From Elusimicrobiota bacterium (GTDB lineage: Bacteria; Elusimicrobiota; Elusimicrobia; UBA1565; UBA9628): a stretch of 50,970 nucleotides of DNA. The notes under the pieces were generated by a model that worked only from the letters and a program-made list of their open reading frames with translations, made no database searches and was not told where the DNA came from. Below, in pieces: positions 20,487 to 30,362 of the stretch (positions are counted from its first letter, which is position 1; every line of letters starts with the position of its first letter). The translations under genes and the position numbers were made by a program. The stretch covers positions 1-50,970 of the forward strand of contig DAHVNA010000012.1 in NCBI GenBank assembly GCA_027319565.1, in the 5' to 3' direction.

Positions 20487-21150
20487 TTTTCCTAAATAGG
20501 TCTTCCATTCCGTAAAGCCCAGGCCTTTGCCTCTTCAGCCAGAAAGCGGCTTCCAAGGCTCCGAGCGCGAAAACGTCCCGGCTGTGCGCGCGATGGGTTA
20601 TCTCCAAACGCTCAAAAGGCCCCGCCAAAACCACGGTGTGTTCTCCGACAATATCGCCGGCTCGCAAGGAATGGATTTCGACCTTGCCCCCCAAAAGCCG
20701 CGCGATATCCTTGGCGGTTCCCGAAGGCGCGTCTTTTTTCGCTTTGTGATGGACCTCTATAATTGAAATATCATAGCGCGGCAAGGCGCGGGAAATTTCG
20801 CTCGCCAAACTCTTCATCCAAAAAACTCCCGGGCTGAAATTAGGCGACAAGAAAATTGGAATTTTGCGGGATGCCGTTTTAATTTGAGATGTCTGAGCTA
20901 AAGAAAATCCCGTGACGCCGATGACCGCCGGAACTTTTTCCAAAGCGGCTTTTTTCAGAATCGATAAAGATCCCTTGGGCGAGGAAAAATCAATGATGAC
21001 ATCCAAGTCCGGCCAAGGGATATGCGCGAAATTCTCGCGATGAATTGAGGCCGCCAAATGAAAGCGCGGATCCGTCGAGGCCAAATCGCAAACGCGTTTT
21101 CCCATGCGGCCTAAAGCCCCGGCAACGCCCAATTGAATTGGATGGTTCAT
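20473..21150 (-). CDS. dapB: 4-hydroxy-tetrahydrodipicolinate reductase
   Basis: GALGRMG, DVIIDFS, EVHHKAKKDAPSGTA, GEHTV. Confidence 0.96.
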   Translation of the reverse strand: MNHPIQLGVAGALGRMGKRVCDLASTDPRFHLAASIHRENFAHIPWPDLDVIIDFSSPKGSLSILKKAALEKVPAVIGVTGFSLAQTSQIKTASRKIPIFLSPNFSPGVFWMKSLASEISRALPRYDISIIEVHHKAKKDAPSGTAKDIARLLGGKVEIHSLRAGDIVGEHTVVLAGPFERLEITHRAHSRDVFALGALEAAFWLKRQRPGLYGMEDLFRKNAKA

Positions 21151-21196
21151 AGCGACCTCTGTATTTTACCAGTTTCTCTTCCCTCGCCGATATCTA

Positions 21197-21224
21197 TTGA
21201 CTTCTGATATTTGTCTGCTACACT
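21197..21224 (+). promoter_or_regulatory. Sigma70-type promoter of pilin operon 1
   Basis: TTGACT (21197-21202), 16 nt, TACACT (21219-21224) with TGn extension, 6 nt before ATG 21231. Confidence 0.7.
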
Positions 21225-21230
21225 TCTAAG

Positions 21231-23783
21231 ATGGGGCATTTAAAAGGCGAAAATGCCTTGAAAAACCAAGACGGGGCAAGCTTGGTTGAAATGATGATCG
21301 CCTTGGGCATTCTTTCAGTGGCGACTTTGGGGCTGGTCGCGTCTTTTCGGGACGTTCAGCGTTCGATTCAGATGTCTCGGAATAAGACCCTTGCCGCCAA
21401 CCTCGCGCAGGAACAAATTCAAATCATCGAAGAGGAGTCCTATCCCAATGTGATTCCAACCCTGAACCCTTCTTTTTTGTCCAATGGAACGCCTTACGAC
21501 ACCGTCAATTTCCCGCCGGAAACGCTGCTTGAAGGCGGAGTCAATTTCACGCGCTATACCGACATTCAAGTGGTGATGGATAAAAATGGAACCTTAACCA
21601 CTCTTCCTCCGACCACTCCGGACACGGGAATGCGGCAAATTACCGTGACCGTGGCCTGGACTCAAGACAGCCAAACGCAATACCTCTCTCTGAACAGCGT
21701 CATGTCCAACCCGGACACCGTGGAAGCGAATTCTTCCCTGACCGGAACCGTTTCGGACGCGACGACGGGAAACCCTATTGCCGGCGCCAACGTCGATGTC
21801 GCCGAAGACCTCGGCTGGAGCAGTTTAACCAACGCCGCTGGCCTCTATTCGATTTCACTGTCTCCCGGAAGTTTTAATCTGGTCGCCTCCGCGCCGGGAT
21901 ATTTCACCGGGTATTCTTTCCAATCGGTTCCCGCCGACAATACCATCACGGTCAATTTTTCCCTCACCCCCATGAGTTCCGGAACAGTAACCGGAAACGC
22001 TTGGATAGAAACTAATCTCCTTATCAGCCAAATTGTCGTTTCAACCCCCCAGGCCAATGGATACGATGTCGAGTATATCGAACTCTTCAATCCGACGACC
22101 AACACAATCGCAATCAATGGGAATATCGAACTCAATTACGTTTCCGGCTATAATGCAACCCAATGTTCCAATATCCCCTTGACCTATGTCACGGATAATA
22201 TCTCGCCGGATCAATATTACTTGATCGCCAACACCACGACTTTTACGGTCAACGGCAGTTCAATTTCCGCCGACGCCTACTACGCCGATAACGCCAATCT
22301 CAGCTGCGCTCCTTCCGCTTACAACTGGAGCCCTCCCTCGGTTGAAGACATTATGGCGCGAGGACACAGCGGGACGATCTGGATAACGGATGCTTCCGGA
22401 AATACCCTAGACGCGGTAGGGTGGACCAACAACGGATCAACGCATAATCCCAGTAACTGTAATGGAACCTGCATCCCGCAGCCCAGCGGCGGTCTTGCGG
22501 CCGGTCAGGAAATCGTGCGCGCCTCAAGCCCCTCTTACGTCAATTCTCTTTTCTCTCCCGCCTATAACTCGGGAAACAACAGCATCGACTTCGCCTATCC
22601 GGGAAACTTAAACTCTTCTCTCGCAATATCTCAAATTCCCATTTCCCCCGCCAATTCGCAATCCGCTCCCCCAACCCTAATTTCGGGAGTTCCGGCCGCC
22701 GGCGCCGTCATCACTTCTAATGACGGGCTCTCTTCCTCAACCGAGGCATTTATTTCCGGGAATCCTCCGGTCGCCGCTTTTAATCTCATTGATGTCGCGA
22801 CGGGAACCTGGAGCGTGGTGATTACCAGCTCATCTTACGAGACGGAAAATGACACCGTCACTATCGCCGCTTCCAATTCCGTCTATGTTTTTCCAAGCAC
22901 GATGAGTATTCTCAACCAAACTCCCACCTCCGGTTTTATCTCGGGAACAGTGACAGACGCTAACGGCAATCCCATTTCGATACCGACCGCCATCGAAGTT
23001 TCCGCCGCGGGTTCCGATAGCTTCGCCAACACCGCAACCGGAAGATACCTATTGCGCGTTTCCAGCGGAATAACCGATGTCACGGCCAACCCTTCTTCCC
23101 AGAACTCCAATTATGTTTCAATGTCTTCCGATGCCATCACGGTCTTGCCGGGTCAAATTGAAAGCGGAATCAACTTTATTCTGACCCAAGGCGGCCGGCT
23201 CAGCGGATGGGTGACGCGGGATGGAATCAATGGTCTTGAAGGAATTCCCATGAGCGCCATCGATTCAAACGGAAACACTCAAGATCAAGAAGTGACCGAC
23301 GCCACCGGACATTTCCAAACCGTCAATCTCGCCACGGGAACCTATACCGTGCGCATTCCACTGGACAGCACCGAGGTTTCAAACCCCGTCGTCGTTTCAG
23401 CCAGCGCTCTTTCGGGCCAAACTGTTTTCGTTGGAACATTTACCATCACCGGCGCCCTGGGAACCATCAGCGGAAACGTGACTTATAAGGGAAATCCCAT
23501 ATCCACCGGCGTTCTAATCGTTGTGACGACCGACACCTTGCCCAGCGGCCCGCCCGATCTCAGCTCCGCGTCCTTGACCGGAATCTCTTACTACTCGACT
23601 TCAAGCAAGGAAGATGGAACCTTTAGCCTTCAAGTCAGGCAGAGCACCTCTCCAACCTACAATGTCTACGGATATTATCCGGAAATTTTACCTTCGGGAA
23701 CTATCAGCGTCGTCACCCAATCGTTGTCTAACGTTTCCATACTGCAAGGCCAAACAGTCTCGGGACAAAACTTATCATGGTGA
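21231..23783 (+). CDS. Large type IV prepilin-like adhesin: PilV-like N-terminus, carboxypeptidase-regulatory-like beta-sandwich repeats, lamin-tail-like domain (copy 1)
   Basis: NQDG/ASLVEMMIALGIL class III signal with E5. Repeats LTGTVSDATTGNPIAGANV and ISGTVTDANGNPI. LISQIV...VEYIELFNPT resembles a lamin-tail domain. Confidence 0.8.
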   Translation: MGHLKGENALKNQDGASLVEMMIALGILSVATLGLVASFRDVQRSIQMSRNKTLAANLAQEQIQIIEEESYPNVIPTLNPSFLSNGTPYDTVNFPPETLLEGGVNFTRYTDIQVVMDKNGTLTTLPPTTPDTGMRQITVTVAWTQDSQTQYLSLNSVMSNPDTVEANSSLTGTVSDATTGNPIAGANVDVAEDLGWSSLTNAAGLYSISLSPGSFNLVASAPGYFTGYSFQSVPADNTITVNFSLTPMSSGTVTGNAWIETNLLISQIVVSTPQANGYDVEYIELFNPTTNTIAINGNIELNYVSGYNATQCSNIPLTYVTDNISPDQYYLIANTTTFTVNGSSISADAYYADNANLSCAPSAYNWSPPSVEDIMARGHSGTIWITDASGNTLDAVGWTNNGSTHNPSNCNGTCIPQPSGGLAAGQEIVRASSPSYVNSLFSPAYNSGNNSIDFAYPGNLNSSLAISQIPISPANSQSAPPTLISGVPAAGAVITSNDGLSSSTEAFISGNPPVAAFNLIDVATGTWSVVITSSSYETENDTVTIAASNSVYVFPSTMSILNQTPTSGFISGTVTDANGNPISIPTAIEVSAAGSDSFANTATGRYLLRVSSGITDVTANPSSQNSNYVSMSSDAITVLPGQIESGINFILTQGGRLSGWVTRDGINGLEGIPMSAIDSNGNTQDQEVTDATGHFQTVNLATGTYTVRIPLDSTEVSNPVVVSASALSGQTVFVGTFTITGALGTISGNVTYKGNPISTGVLIVVTTDTLPSGPPDLSSASLTGISYYSTSSKEDGTFSLQVRQSTSPTYNVYGYYPEILPSGTISVVTQSLSNVSILQGQTVSGQNLSW

Positions 23784-24268
23784 AAAAAAACGGATTTAGT
23801 CTGCTTGAAGCGATGATCACGGTCGCTATTGTCGGAACCCTGATATCGGTCGGGGCTGGGATCACCATAGAGGCCAATCGCTACTTTATGCTGTCTAACG
23901 CGAAGGTTCAACTCCAAGAAGAAGGCCGGAGTATTCTCTACGTGATTACCCGAAATCTAAGGCAAGCTCAAAGTTCGACCATTACGCTGAGCCGCTACTC
24001 CTCAAGCCAGCCTTATTACTCCCAGATCAGTTTTACCACCTCCCAGGGAACGACAATGAGTTTTTTCCAAAATGGTAATCTTCTTGAGATGCAATCGGGC
24101 AATATGACCAAGGTGTTATCCAAAGACCTCATCTATCTCGCTTTCACCTTTCCGAGATCCGACGATATGAATATTATTTCCGTGTCGGTCACTTTTCAAT
24201 CCGGAATTTATCAAGGGGGCACTAAGGCCCTCCACATGGCGTCTGAGGAAGTCGAGGTCATGAATTAA
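23777..24268 (+). CDS. Minor prepilin, PilW/GspJ-like (copy 1)
   Basis: KKNG/FSLLEAMITVAIVG. Overlaps the upstream stop (GTG 23780 is an alternative start). Confidence 0.85.
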   Translation: MVKKNGFSLLEAMITVAIVGTLISVGAGITIEANRYFMLSNAKVQLQEEGRSILYVITRNLRQAQSSTITLSRYSSSQPYYSQISFTTSQGTTMSFFQNGNLLEMQSGNMTKVLSKDLIYLAFTFPRSDDMNIISVSVTFQSGIYQGGTKALHMASEEVEVMN

Positions 24269-24269
24269 C

Positions 24270-25760
24270 ATGAAAAAAAATCTTTGGGCCCGCAAGCAGG
24301 GCCAGATATTGGTTGGAACTCTACTTTTGATGCTCCTTCTCTTGGCGATTGTTCCGGCGGTGGTCCAATGGGTCCAATCGGAGGCAAGAACCTCGGTTAA
24401 AAACCAAAAATCAACCACGGCCTTAAACCTTGCCGAAGCGGCCGTCAATCGCGGCTATTGGAAGGCAAAAAGCTCAACTGGAACTTTCGCGGAAATGTCT
24501 GCCGGAGTCGCATTTCCGGGATACCAATTCGACAAAACCTATAGCGATATTCCGGGCGGTACTTACCGAATTCTCATTACATCGGCCGCCAACGGCGGGA
24601 TTACCATTTTCGGGGAAGGACGCGATAATTCCAATAATGAGCTTCGGGAAATCGAAGCGGTTTTTCAAAACGAAACGGTCTATAGCCCGCTTTTAACTCA
24701 GGGAAACGTCAATTACAATAAGGGCATCAGCATTTTCTGGGGCCCTATTATTTCCCAAAGCAATATCAATCTCGACAACACCACCGCCCAATGGTATTTC
24801 CCGCAAAAATACGCAAGAGGAGACGTCATCGGAACGACCAATAATCCGCGAGACACGACCTGGCCTCTCCCGCCCAATACCGACGGCATCGAATGGTGGG
24901 CGAATTATGACAAGGTTCCAGAATTGCCAATACTTGATTTTGCCGCTCTCCGCTCTTCCGCCGCCGCGACCAATACGCTCAACGTCTACGGCTGCCGAGA
25001 CAGTACTCGCTATACCGATCCCACGACCGGCGCCAATATGTCGGGAAGAGCGCCTTGGGACAATCGCGGCAGGTGTCAATCCGGCTCGCCGCATTACTCC
25101 GGCACCGGGGGAGCTTGCTACGGTTCTTCATGCCATTTTGGAAATTCTTGGAATCATCCATTCTCGCCCCAATACCAACCCAATACCGATTATGTCTGGT
25201 ATTGGGATGGAGACGTCACCTTTGCCGGACAGGGAGCGGCACCCGCGGCCGGGTTAGACACCGGATTAAGAGGAACCGTCATCGTGCGCGGAAATCTGAC
25301 GATTGATAGCGGCGGCGATTACGATTATACCGGTCATGTTCCCACCAACGCCTGGCAGCAAGATCAGAAATTTACGGAAACCCTCTATGACACCCCGGCC
25401 AGCGGAGAATATCCCGCCGATATTGGATACCACCAGAGCGCGACCACCTGGGCTTTTGGTACCAATTCATTTTGTTTTCCAAGCCATCCACCCAATACGA
25501 TGACCTGCGGATGGGTCAACACCGTGGGGGTGAGGGGATTTACCTATGTCGGCGGCAACCTCATCATTAAAAACTTCATGGATTTTAACGGCGCGGTGTG
25601 GGTGGGAGGGTCCGTCGTCGCCAGTTGTCCTTCCGGAGACCCGAATTGCCTGAGCAGTTTTTGCGGCATCTTCTACAACGACCAACTTCAAGTTCCGACT
25701 TTAAATGTCGTCTTGGTTCAAACCGATTGGCAGGACATCAAGCCGCAAGCCTGGCCTTAA
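24270..25760 (+). CDS. PilX/GspK-like minor pilin with large Cys-containing C-terminal domain (copy 1)
   Basis: RKQG/QILVGTLLLMLLL lacking E5, then STTALNLAEAAVNRG (PilX N-terminal pattern). Confidence 0.8.
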   Translation: MKKNLWARKQGQILVGTLLLMLLLLAIVPAVVQWVQSEARTSVKNQKSTTALNLAEAAVNRGYWKAKSSTGTFAEMSAGVAFPGYQFDKTYSDIPGGTYRILITSAANGGITIFGEGRDNSNNELREIEAVFQNETVYSPLLTQGNVNYNKGISIFWGPIISQSNINLDNTTAQWYFPQKYARGDVIGTTNNPRDTTWPLPPNTDGIEWWANYDKVPELPILDFAALRSSAAATNTLNVYGCRDSTRYTDPTTGANMSGRAPWDNRGRCQSGSPHYSGTGGACYGSSCHFGNSWNHPFSPQYQPNTDYVWYWDGDVTFAGQGAAPAAGLDTGLRGTVIVRGNLTIDSGGDYDYTGHVPTNAWQQDQKFTETLYDTPASGEYPADIGYHQSATTWAFGTNSFCFPSHPPNTMTCGWVNTVGVRGFTYVGGNLIIKNFMDFNGAVWVGGSVVASCPSGDPNCLSSFCGIFYNDQLQVPTLNVVLVQTDWQDIKPQAWP

Positions 25761-27025
25761 GGCAACCCGCTCGGCCAGACAGGCTGAATTTCCTTCCATG
25801 AAACGCGAGAGTAACTGGTCTTGGTCACCTTAAGATTATTGCCAACATTAGCGTCGTAATAAACAGATACATGGGAATTCGAATTGAGATGAACCTTTCC
25901 GGCCACCATCAAGACCCCGAACACAAGAACGCTATTTCCTCCCCCATTGGGCCCGGTGAAATCGCCTCCCACATAAAGAAGCCCTTGAACCGCCGGACTG
26001 ATAGAATAGGTGATGGAAGGCGATGACAAATAACTGCTGCTAAGACCCGGGCAATTGCTTGGGTAGTGAGATTGAGCGTAGGCGTCGTTATAAGTCGTTA
26101 GATAAAAACTCCAATCATTGCAGTATTGCGCCCATGCATTTTGCGGCATGGGCGCGTTAATGGATTCGCCGCTCAGAGCTCCATTGGGTGTCGTCACATC
26201 TCCCAGAACGATGACATTGCCCACGACAGGGCCGTCAAATGAAGTCCAATTGCCGGTCACGTAATAAGTGTTCCCGCTCAAATCGCTGCATCCTCCCGAA
26301 CGGTTTCCGTTGGTGTAGTAACTGCCGCCGCAGGGGCTTACGCCCTCGGACTGGGCAAGGTTCTCATAATAATTGAAGTTAAGAGCAGGCATCGGCGGCA
26401 AATTGGGATCATAGGCATGCCACCACCAACAATTGGGAGAATCGCAATTGGGCGGAGTATTGCTGGTATCAAAGGGAATAATTTCTCCGCTACTCCACAA
26501 GGACGGGTGAAGACGCGATGAGTTAGCCGTCATCGAACTTTGGCTGATGACAGCCCCCCACTCGACATGCATGTTCGTTCCGCTTTCATCCACTCCTCCT
26601 CCGCCGACGATCGCGTTTTTGCCTCCGCTTCCATTTTCATATAAAGACTGGATCTCACGAGTCTCCCTTTTTAGATTGTCGCGCCCGATACCGGTGATGA
26701 TGATATCGCTTGAGGAATCGCTTGCAATTGAAATCGCGTAGGTTCCACCGGCAAGATCGTTATATTCCTGGTCGAAATTATATCCGGTAATGGGAATATT
26801 GGCTGTCGGCGAGCTCAATTGGCTGATTTCCCAATACCCGCGTTCAGTCGCGGCTTCGGCCAACTGAAAGGCCGTGGTCGTTTTCTGTTCTTTGACGGTC
26901 CATTTCGATTCATAGACGATATAAGAGACCATCGCTCCCCCGAGAATCATCAGTCCAATCAAAAGAGCCATCGCCCCAATTGAAATTTGTCCGCGCGATT
27001 GTTTTTTCGATAAATTTTTCATCAA
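25757..27025 (-). CDS. PilX/GspK-like minor pilin (copy 2)
   Basis: QSRG/QISIGAMALL, TTTAFQLAEAATERG. Paralogous to 24270-25760. Confidence 0.8.
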   Translation of the reverse strand: MMKNLSKKQSRGQISIGAMALLIGLMILGGAMVSYIVYESKWTVKEQKTTTAFQLAEAATERGYWEISQLSSPTANIPITGYNFDQEYNDLAGGTYAISIASDSSSDIIITGIGRDNLKRETREIQSLYENGSGGKNAIVGGGGVDESGTNMHVEWGAVISQSSMTANSSRLHPSLWSSGEIIPFDTSNTPPNCDSPNCWWWHAYDPNLPPMPALNFNYYENLAQSEGVSPCGGSYYTNGNRSGGCSDLSGNTYYVTGNWTSFDGPVVGNVIVLGDVTTPNGALSGESINAPMPQNAWAQYCNDWSFYLTTYNDAYAQSHYPSNCPGLSSSYLSSPSITYSISPAVQGLLYVGGDFTGPNGGGNSVLVFGVLMVAGKVHLNSNSHVSVYYDANVGNNLKVTKTSYSRVSWKEIQPVWPSGLP

Positions 27026-27699
27026 TTCATCACCCGCACTTCTTCAATGGACAGCTCCAAGGCCTTACTGCGCCCCAAATAAGTGCTTTTCTGGGTCGTC
27101 ATCGCCACCGACAGAATGCCTGGATCCGAACTATCCGGAAATGTAAAAGAAACGAATTCCAAATTTTTGGTCAACATCGAGACGGTGGTGTTGAATTTTT
27201 CGTAGAGATAGTTCCCTTGTTGATAGAAAGAAACGGAGTTTCCCTTGATATCGGTAAAGCTGATTGCGGAATAGGGTGGTTGATTGGGCCAACTGGAAAG
27301 TATGATGGTTGAAGGTTGGGCCTGGCGTATCACGCGGTTCATTAAGTCCATCGACACGCGGGCATCCCGCTGGATGACGGTGCGCGCCTGGGTCAGTCTC
27401 CAAAAACTGGTCATATTGGTCAACAAAGGAGAAATCAAAGCCGCCACGACCGACACAATCGCGACCGTCACCATGATTTCTATGAGGGTATATCCTTCGT
27501 GAAAGCGCCGACCTTTAAGATGTTTCACCCAGGAAATCCGCTCCGGTGATAATTTCGAGTGAGTAGTCTTCACCGAAGTGGCAAATTTTTTGACGTCACA
27601 CCGGCGAAAGCCGGTGTCCAGGCTTTCCTCAGTGGAATCTGGATTCCGGCTTACGCCGGAATGACGGCAACGGCTTACGTAAGCTTTTAGGTATTTCAT
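27022..27699 (-). CDS. Minor prepilin, PilW/GspJ-like (copy 2), with repeat-containing extended leader
   Basis: FHEG/YTLIEIMVTVAIVS. C-terminus KALELSIEEVRVMN matches copy 1 KALHMASEEVEVMN. ATG overlaps the upstream TGA (ATGA). Confidence 0.8.
   Translation of the reverse strand: MKYLKAYVSRCRHSGVSRNPDSTEESLDTGFRRCDVKKFATSVKTTHSKLSPERISWVKHLKGRRFHEGYTLIEIMVTVAIVSVVAALISPLLTNMTSFWRLTQARTVIQRDARVSMDLMNRVIRQAQPSTIILSSWPNQPPYSAISFTDIKGNSVSFYQQGNYLYEKFNTTVSMLTKNLEFVSFTFPDSSDPGILSVAMTTQKSTYLGRSKALELSIEEVRVMN
27594..27666. repeat. CGTC-tagged REP/RPE-like double hairpin repeat (copy 1)
   Basis: CGTCACACCGGCGAAAGCCGGTGTCCAG...CTGGATTCCGGCTTACGCCGGAATGACG. Related copies at 30521 and 48495. Confidence 0.9.
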
Positions 27700-30350
27700 A
27701 ATCCGGTAAAATTAACCGCCTGGGTTTGTCCGGCGTCGACCGAGCCCGACTGCGTTTGAGAAACAACGCTGACCGCTCCATTCCCTTCGTCAACTGAAGG
27801 GTAAATGGCCAAAAGGTTGTAGCTGTAGGTGTTTGAAGAATTGGACCCGCGCACGGGCAAGGAATAGCTGCCGTCGGGTTGACTCATCGTCGCGTAATAA
27901 ATCTGCCCGGCGCCGGATCCCGTGATGTTGGGCGGCGGATAAGAAAGCGTCCCCGTTGAGGCCATAATGATCACTCCCGTAGTCACGGGATTGCCTCCCG
28001 CGGAAACGGTCCCGCTAAAAGTTCCCATGATTCCGGAGATAGTAAAACTCGCGGAAAAAACTTCCAGATTTCCGCTGCCCACATTGACCGAAGCCTGGGC
28101 CGGGCTTGAGGTTTGTCCGGAAGACAGTTGCGGAATAACCGTGTAAGTTCCGGTGGTCAAATTCGGAATATAAAAATGCCCGGTGTCATCGCTGGTCCCG
28201 GCCTGGGTAGTTTCGGTGTTAGAGGCGACAAAAACAATGCCGGGCAATACCGAGAGTCCGCTCGTGGCATAACCGATGATTTCCCCGCCCTGGGAAAGGG
28301 TGAAATTCTGGACCGTCACTTCTCCAAAATAGACATTGACCGCAGCTGTTGCGCTGACATAAAGCGGATTTTCCTGATTGGGGTTGACTGACAAAGACAC
28401 GGCGGTCCCCAAGACAGACGAACCGGTCGAGGAAGAAAGAAAATAAAACCCCGATGAATTAGTGAGCGCGCTGGAAGCTCCCCCTAAAACCGTGATTCCG
28501 CTCAGAGGAGTTCCTTGAACGCTGGTCACCGTCCCGGCGATATACCCGCCCAAAGCGGCGGAAGAAAGCGGCAAAAACCCGACGGGAGCGAAAGAAGAAA
28601 CCGGCGCGGTAAAAGAATTGAGGACGGGAATAGTTTGCCCTGAATAGGAAATGGTGACGCTCGAAATACTCTGCTGATAAGCGCCGCTTGCAACCACCAC
28701 GGTCCAGGTCCCGGTCGCGACATTGGTCAAATTAAAGCTCGCATATGGGCAGTATCCGGCGGGCGGAGTGGGATCAAAAGAATTGAGTAAAAGGAGTTCA
28801 AAGATGGGGCTCGGCGCGGAAAGACCATCATCGGAAGACGCATATCCGCCGATAGCGGGATCTCCGGCAATAACGGGCTGAGTCGAGGTCAATGTGTCAT
28901 ATGCCGGATTTAAAAAATAACTCCCGCCTATCCCAGTGATGTCGTATCCAAAATTATCGGCGTTATCTTGGGTATCATATGCCCGCCCTAAACCGGGGAT
29001 GACAGCGCAAGGGCTTGACATCCGAACAATCTGGTCTCCGCTTTGGATTCCGCCTTTCTGAGGGATGGGATTACCCCAAGCCAGAACAGGATTATGTCCA
29101 TTGGCGGTGTTAGACCAGCCGACCTCATCAATGACGCCACTCCCCACGCTGCCAGGGCCTTGAATCTGAACCGCTCCGGCATGACCAGTTTGGATAATTT
29201 CGGTCGTGGGCCAGTTCTCATCGGGATAATAATTATTCTGAAAATAGGCGTCGGGAGAGACGGTTTCCCCCGCCACGGTAAAAGTCTCGCTCGTATTAGC
29301 AATCAAGTAATAGGAACCGGACTCAACGGATGAGGAAATATAACAAAGGGAGATGGGAGCCTGATCGTTTGAGGTGCAGCTGGCTCCATTTCCGCAATAG
29401 TAATTGATCTGAATCAAAGGCGTAACGGAATTAGAACATCCCGGCCCGGAGATATCGCTCGCGACCGAGACAACCCCTGTGGTCGGATTAAAAAGTTCGA
29501 CATACTGGACATCTTGGGCGCTGCCGTCGGCGACCACGGTCTTTGTGTCGGCCACGATTTGACTAATGAGAACATTTCCGGAGAAATAGACGCTGTTCGA
29601 GACAACCGTTCCTGACGCCATTTGGGTTAAATAAAAACTTTGGTTTACAGAGCCGCCCGAGGGCGCGGATAGAAGAGGAGATGAGGCGGAGAAAAAGCCT
29701 ATGGAAGAGGCAACCACGGTATAAGACCCGGCGGCCACGCTTAAACTAAAACTTCCATTGAGCGAAGATTCTGTATTCCATTGCGGACTGCCCAAAACGC
29801 TGACAATCGCTCCGGACAAAGGGCTATTGCCGGAAGAGGAGTCATAAACAAAACCGGTAATCTGAGAATTTAATGTCGAGACATTGGGATTTTCCAACAG
29901 ATTTTGCATTTCCACGTCCCGCCAACCGGCCCCGTCGTTCCACCATACATAAACGGTAATCATTTTAAGCCCGGGGTCATTGGCGGTATAAGGCAAAGTC
30001 TGCATCTGTCCGCCGACCGGGGCCGCATATTGAATGTAAACCGCGCGAGTAAGAGAATTTCCCCAATAACTAAAGTTTTGCGGCGGATAGGAGGCATTGT
30101 CATAACTCAGGCTTGGAGTAAAATCGCTATTGATGGAAGTTGATGTCGTCACCAAAAGAGTGTAGTAGGAAAAGTTTTTCAGATATTCGATTTCTTCCTG
30201 CGCCAAATTGGTCGCGATCGTCCGCATTCTCGCCGATTGAAGAGCCCGGTTAATGCCCTGAAAAGCGCTGATAAAAGCCATCGCCCCAATGGCGATTAAA
30301 GCCACGGTGACCATCAGCTCTATTATGGAAATTCCCGAGGATTGTTTCAC
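27696..30350 (-). CDS. Large type IV prepilin-like adhesin (copy 2)
   Basis: QSSG/ISIIELMVTVAL. Shares NLAQE, LISQIV, ELFNPT, VGWxN and VATGTW blocks colinearly with 21231-23783. Confidence 0.8.
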   Translation of the reverse strand: MKQSSGISIIELMVTVALIAIGAMAFISAFQGINRALQSARMRTIATNLAQEEIEYLKNFSYYTLLVTTSTSINSDFTPSLSYDNASYPPQNFSYWGNSLTRAVYIQYAAPVGGQMQTLPYTANDPGLKMITVYVWWNDGAGWRDVEMQNLLENPNVSTLNSQITGFVYDSSSGNSPLSGAIVSVLGSPQWNTESSLNGSFSLSVAAGSYTVVASSIGFFSASSPLLSAPSGGSVNQSFYLTQMASGTVVSNSVYFSGNVLISQIVADTKTVVADGSAQDVQYVELFNPTTGVVSVASDISGPGCSNSVTPLIQINYYCGNGASCTSNDQAPISLCYISSSVESGSYYLIANTSETFTVAGETVSPDAYFQNNYYPDENWPTTEIIQTGHAGAVQIQGPGSVGSGVIDEVGWSNTANGHNPVLAWGNPIPQKGGIQSGDQIVRMSSPCAVIPGLGRAYDTQDNADNFGYDITGIGGSYFLNPAYDTLTSTQPVIAGDPAIGGYASSDDGLSAPSPIFELLLLNSFDPTPPAGYCPYASFNLTNVATGTWTVVVASGAYQQSISSVTISYSGQTIPVLNSFTAPVSSFAPVGFLPLSSAALGGYIAGTVTSVQGTPLSGITVLGGASSALTNSSGFYFLSSSTGSSVLGTAVSLSVNPNQENPLYVSATAAVNVYFGEVTVQNFTLSQGGEIIGYATSGLSVLPGIVFVASNTETTQAGTSDDTGHFYIPNLTTGTYTVIPQLSSGQTSSPAQASVNVGSGNLEVFSASFTISGIMGTFSGTVSAGGNPVTTGVIIMASTGTLSYPPPNITGSGAGQIYYATMSQPDGSYSLPVRGSNSSNTYSYNLLAIYPSVDEGNGAVSVVSQTQSGSVDAGQTQAVNFTGL

Positions 30351-30362
30351 CTTAACGTATTA

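Noticed and set aside
22792..28724. Inverted ~29-bp similarity (ATGTCGCGACnGGrACCTGGAsCGTGGTG) between the two large pilin genes as a shufflon or invertase site
   Set aside because: It encodes the conserved VATGTW peptide, two of its three mismatches are synonymous third positions, and no recombinase gene is in the window.
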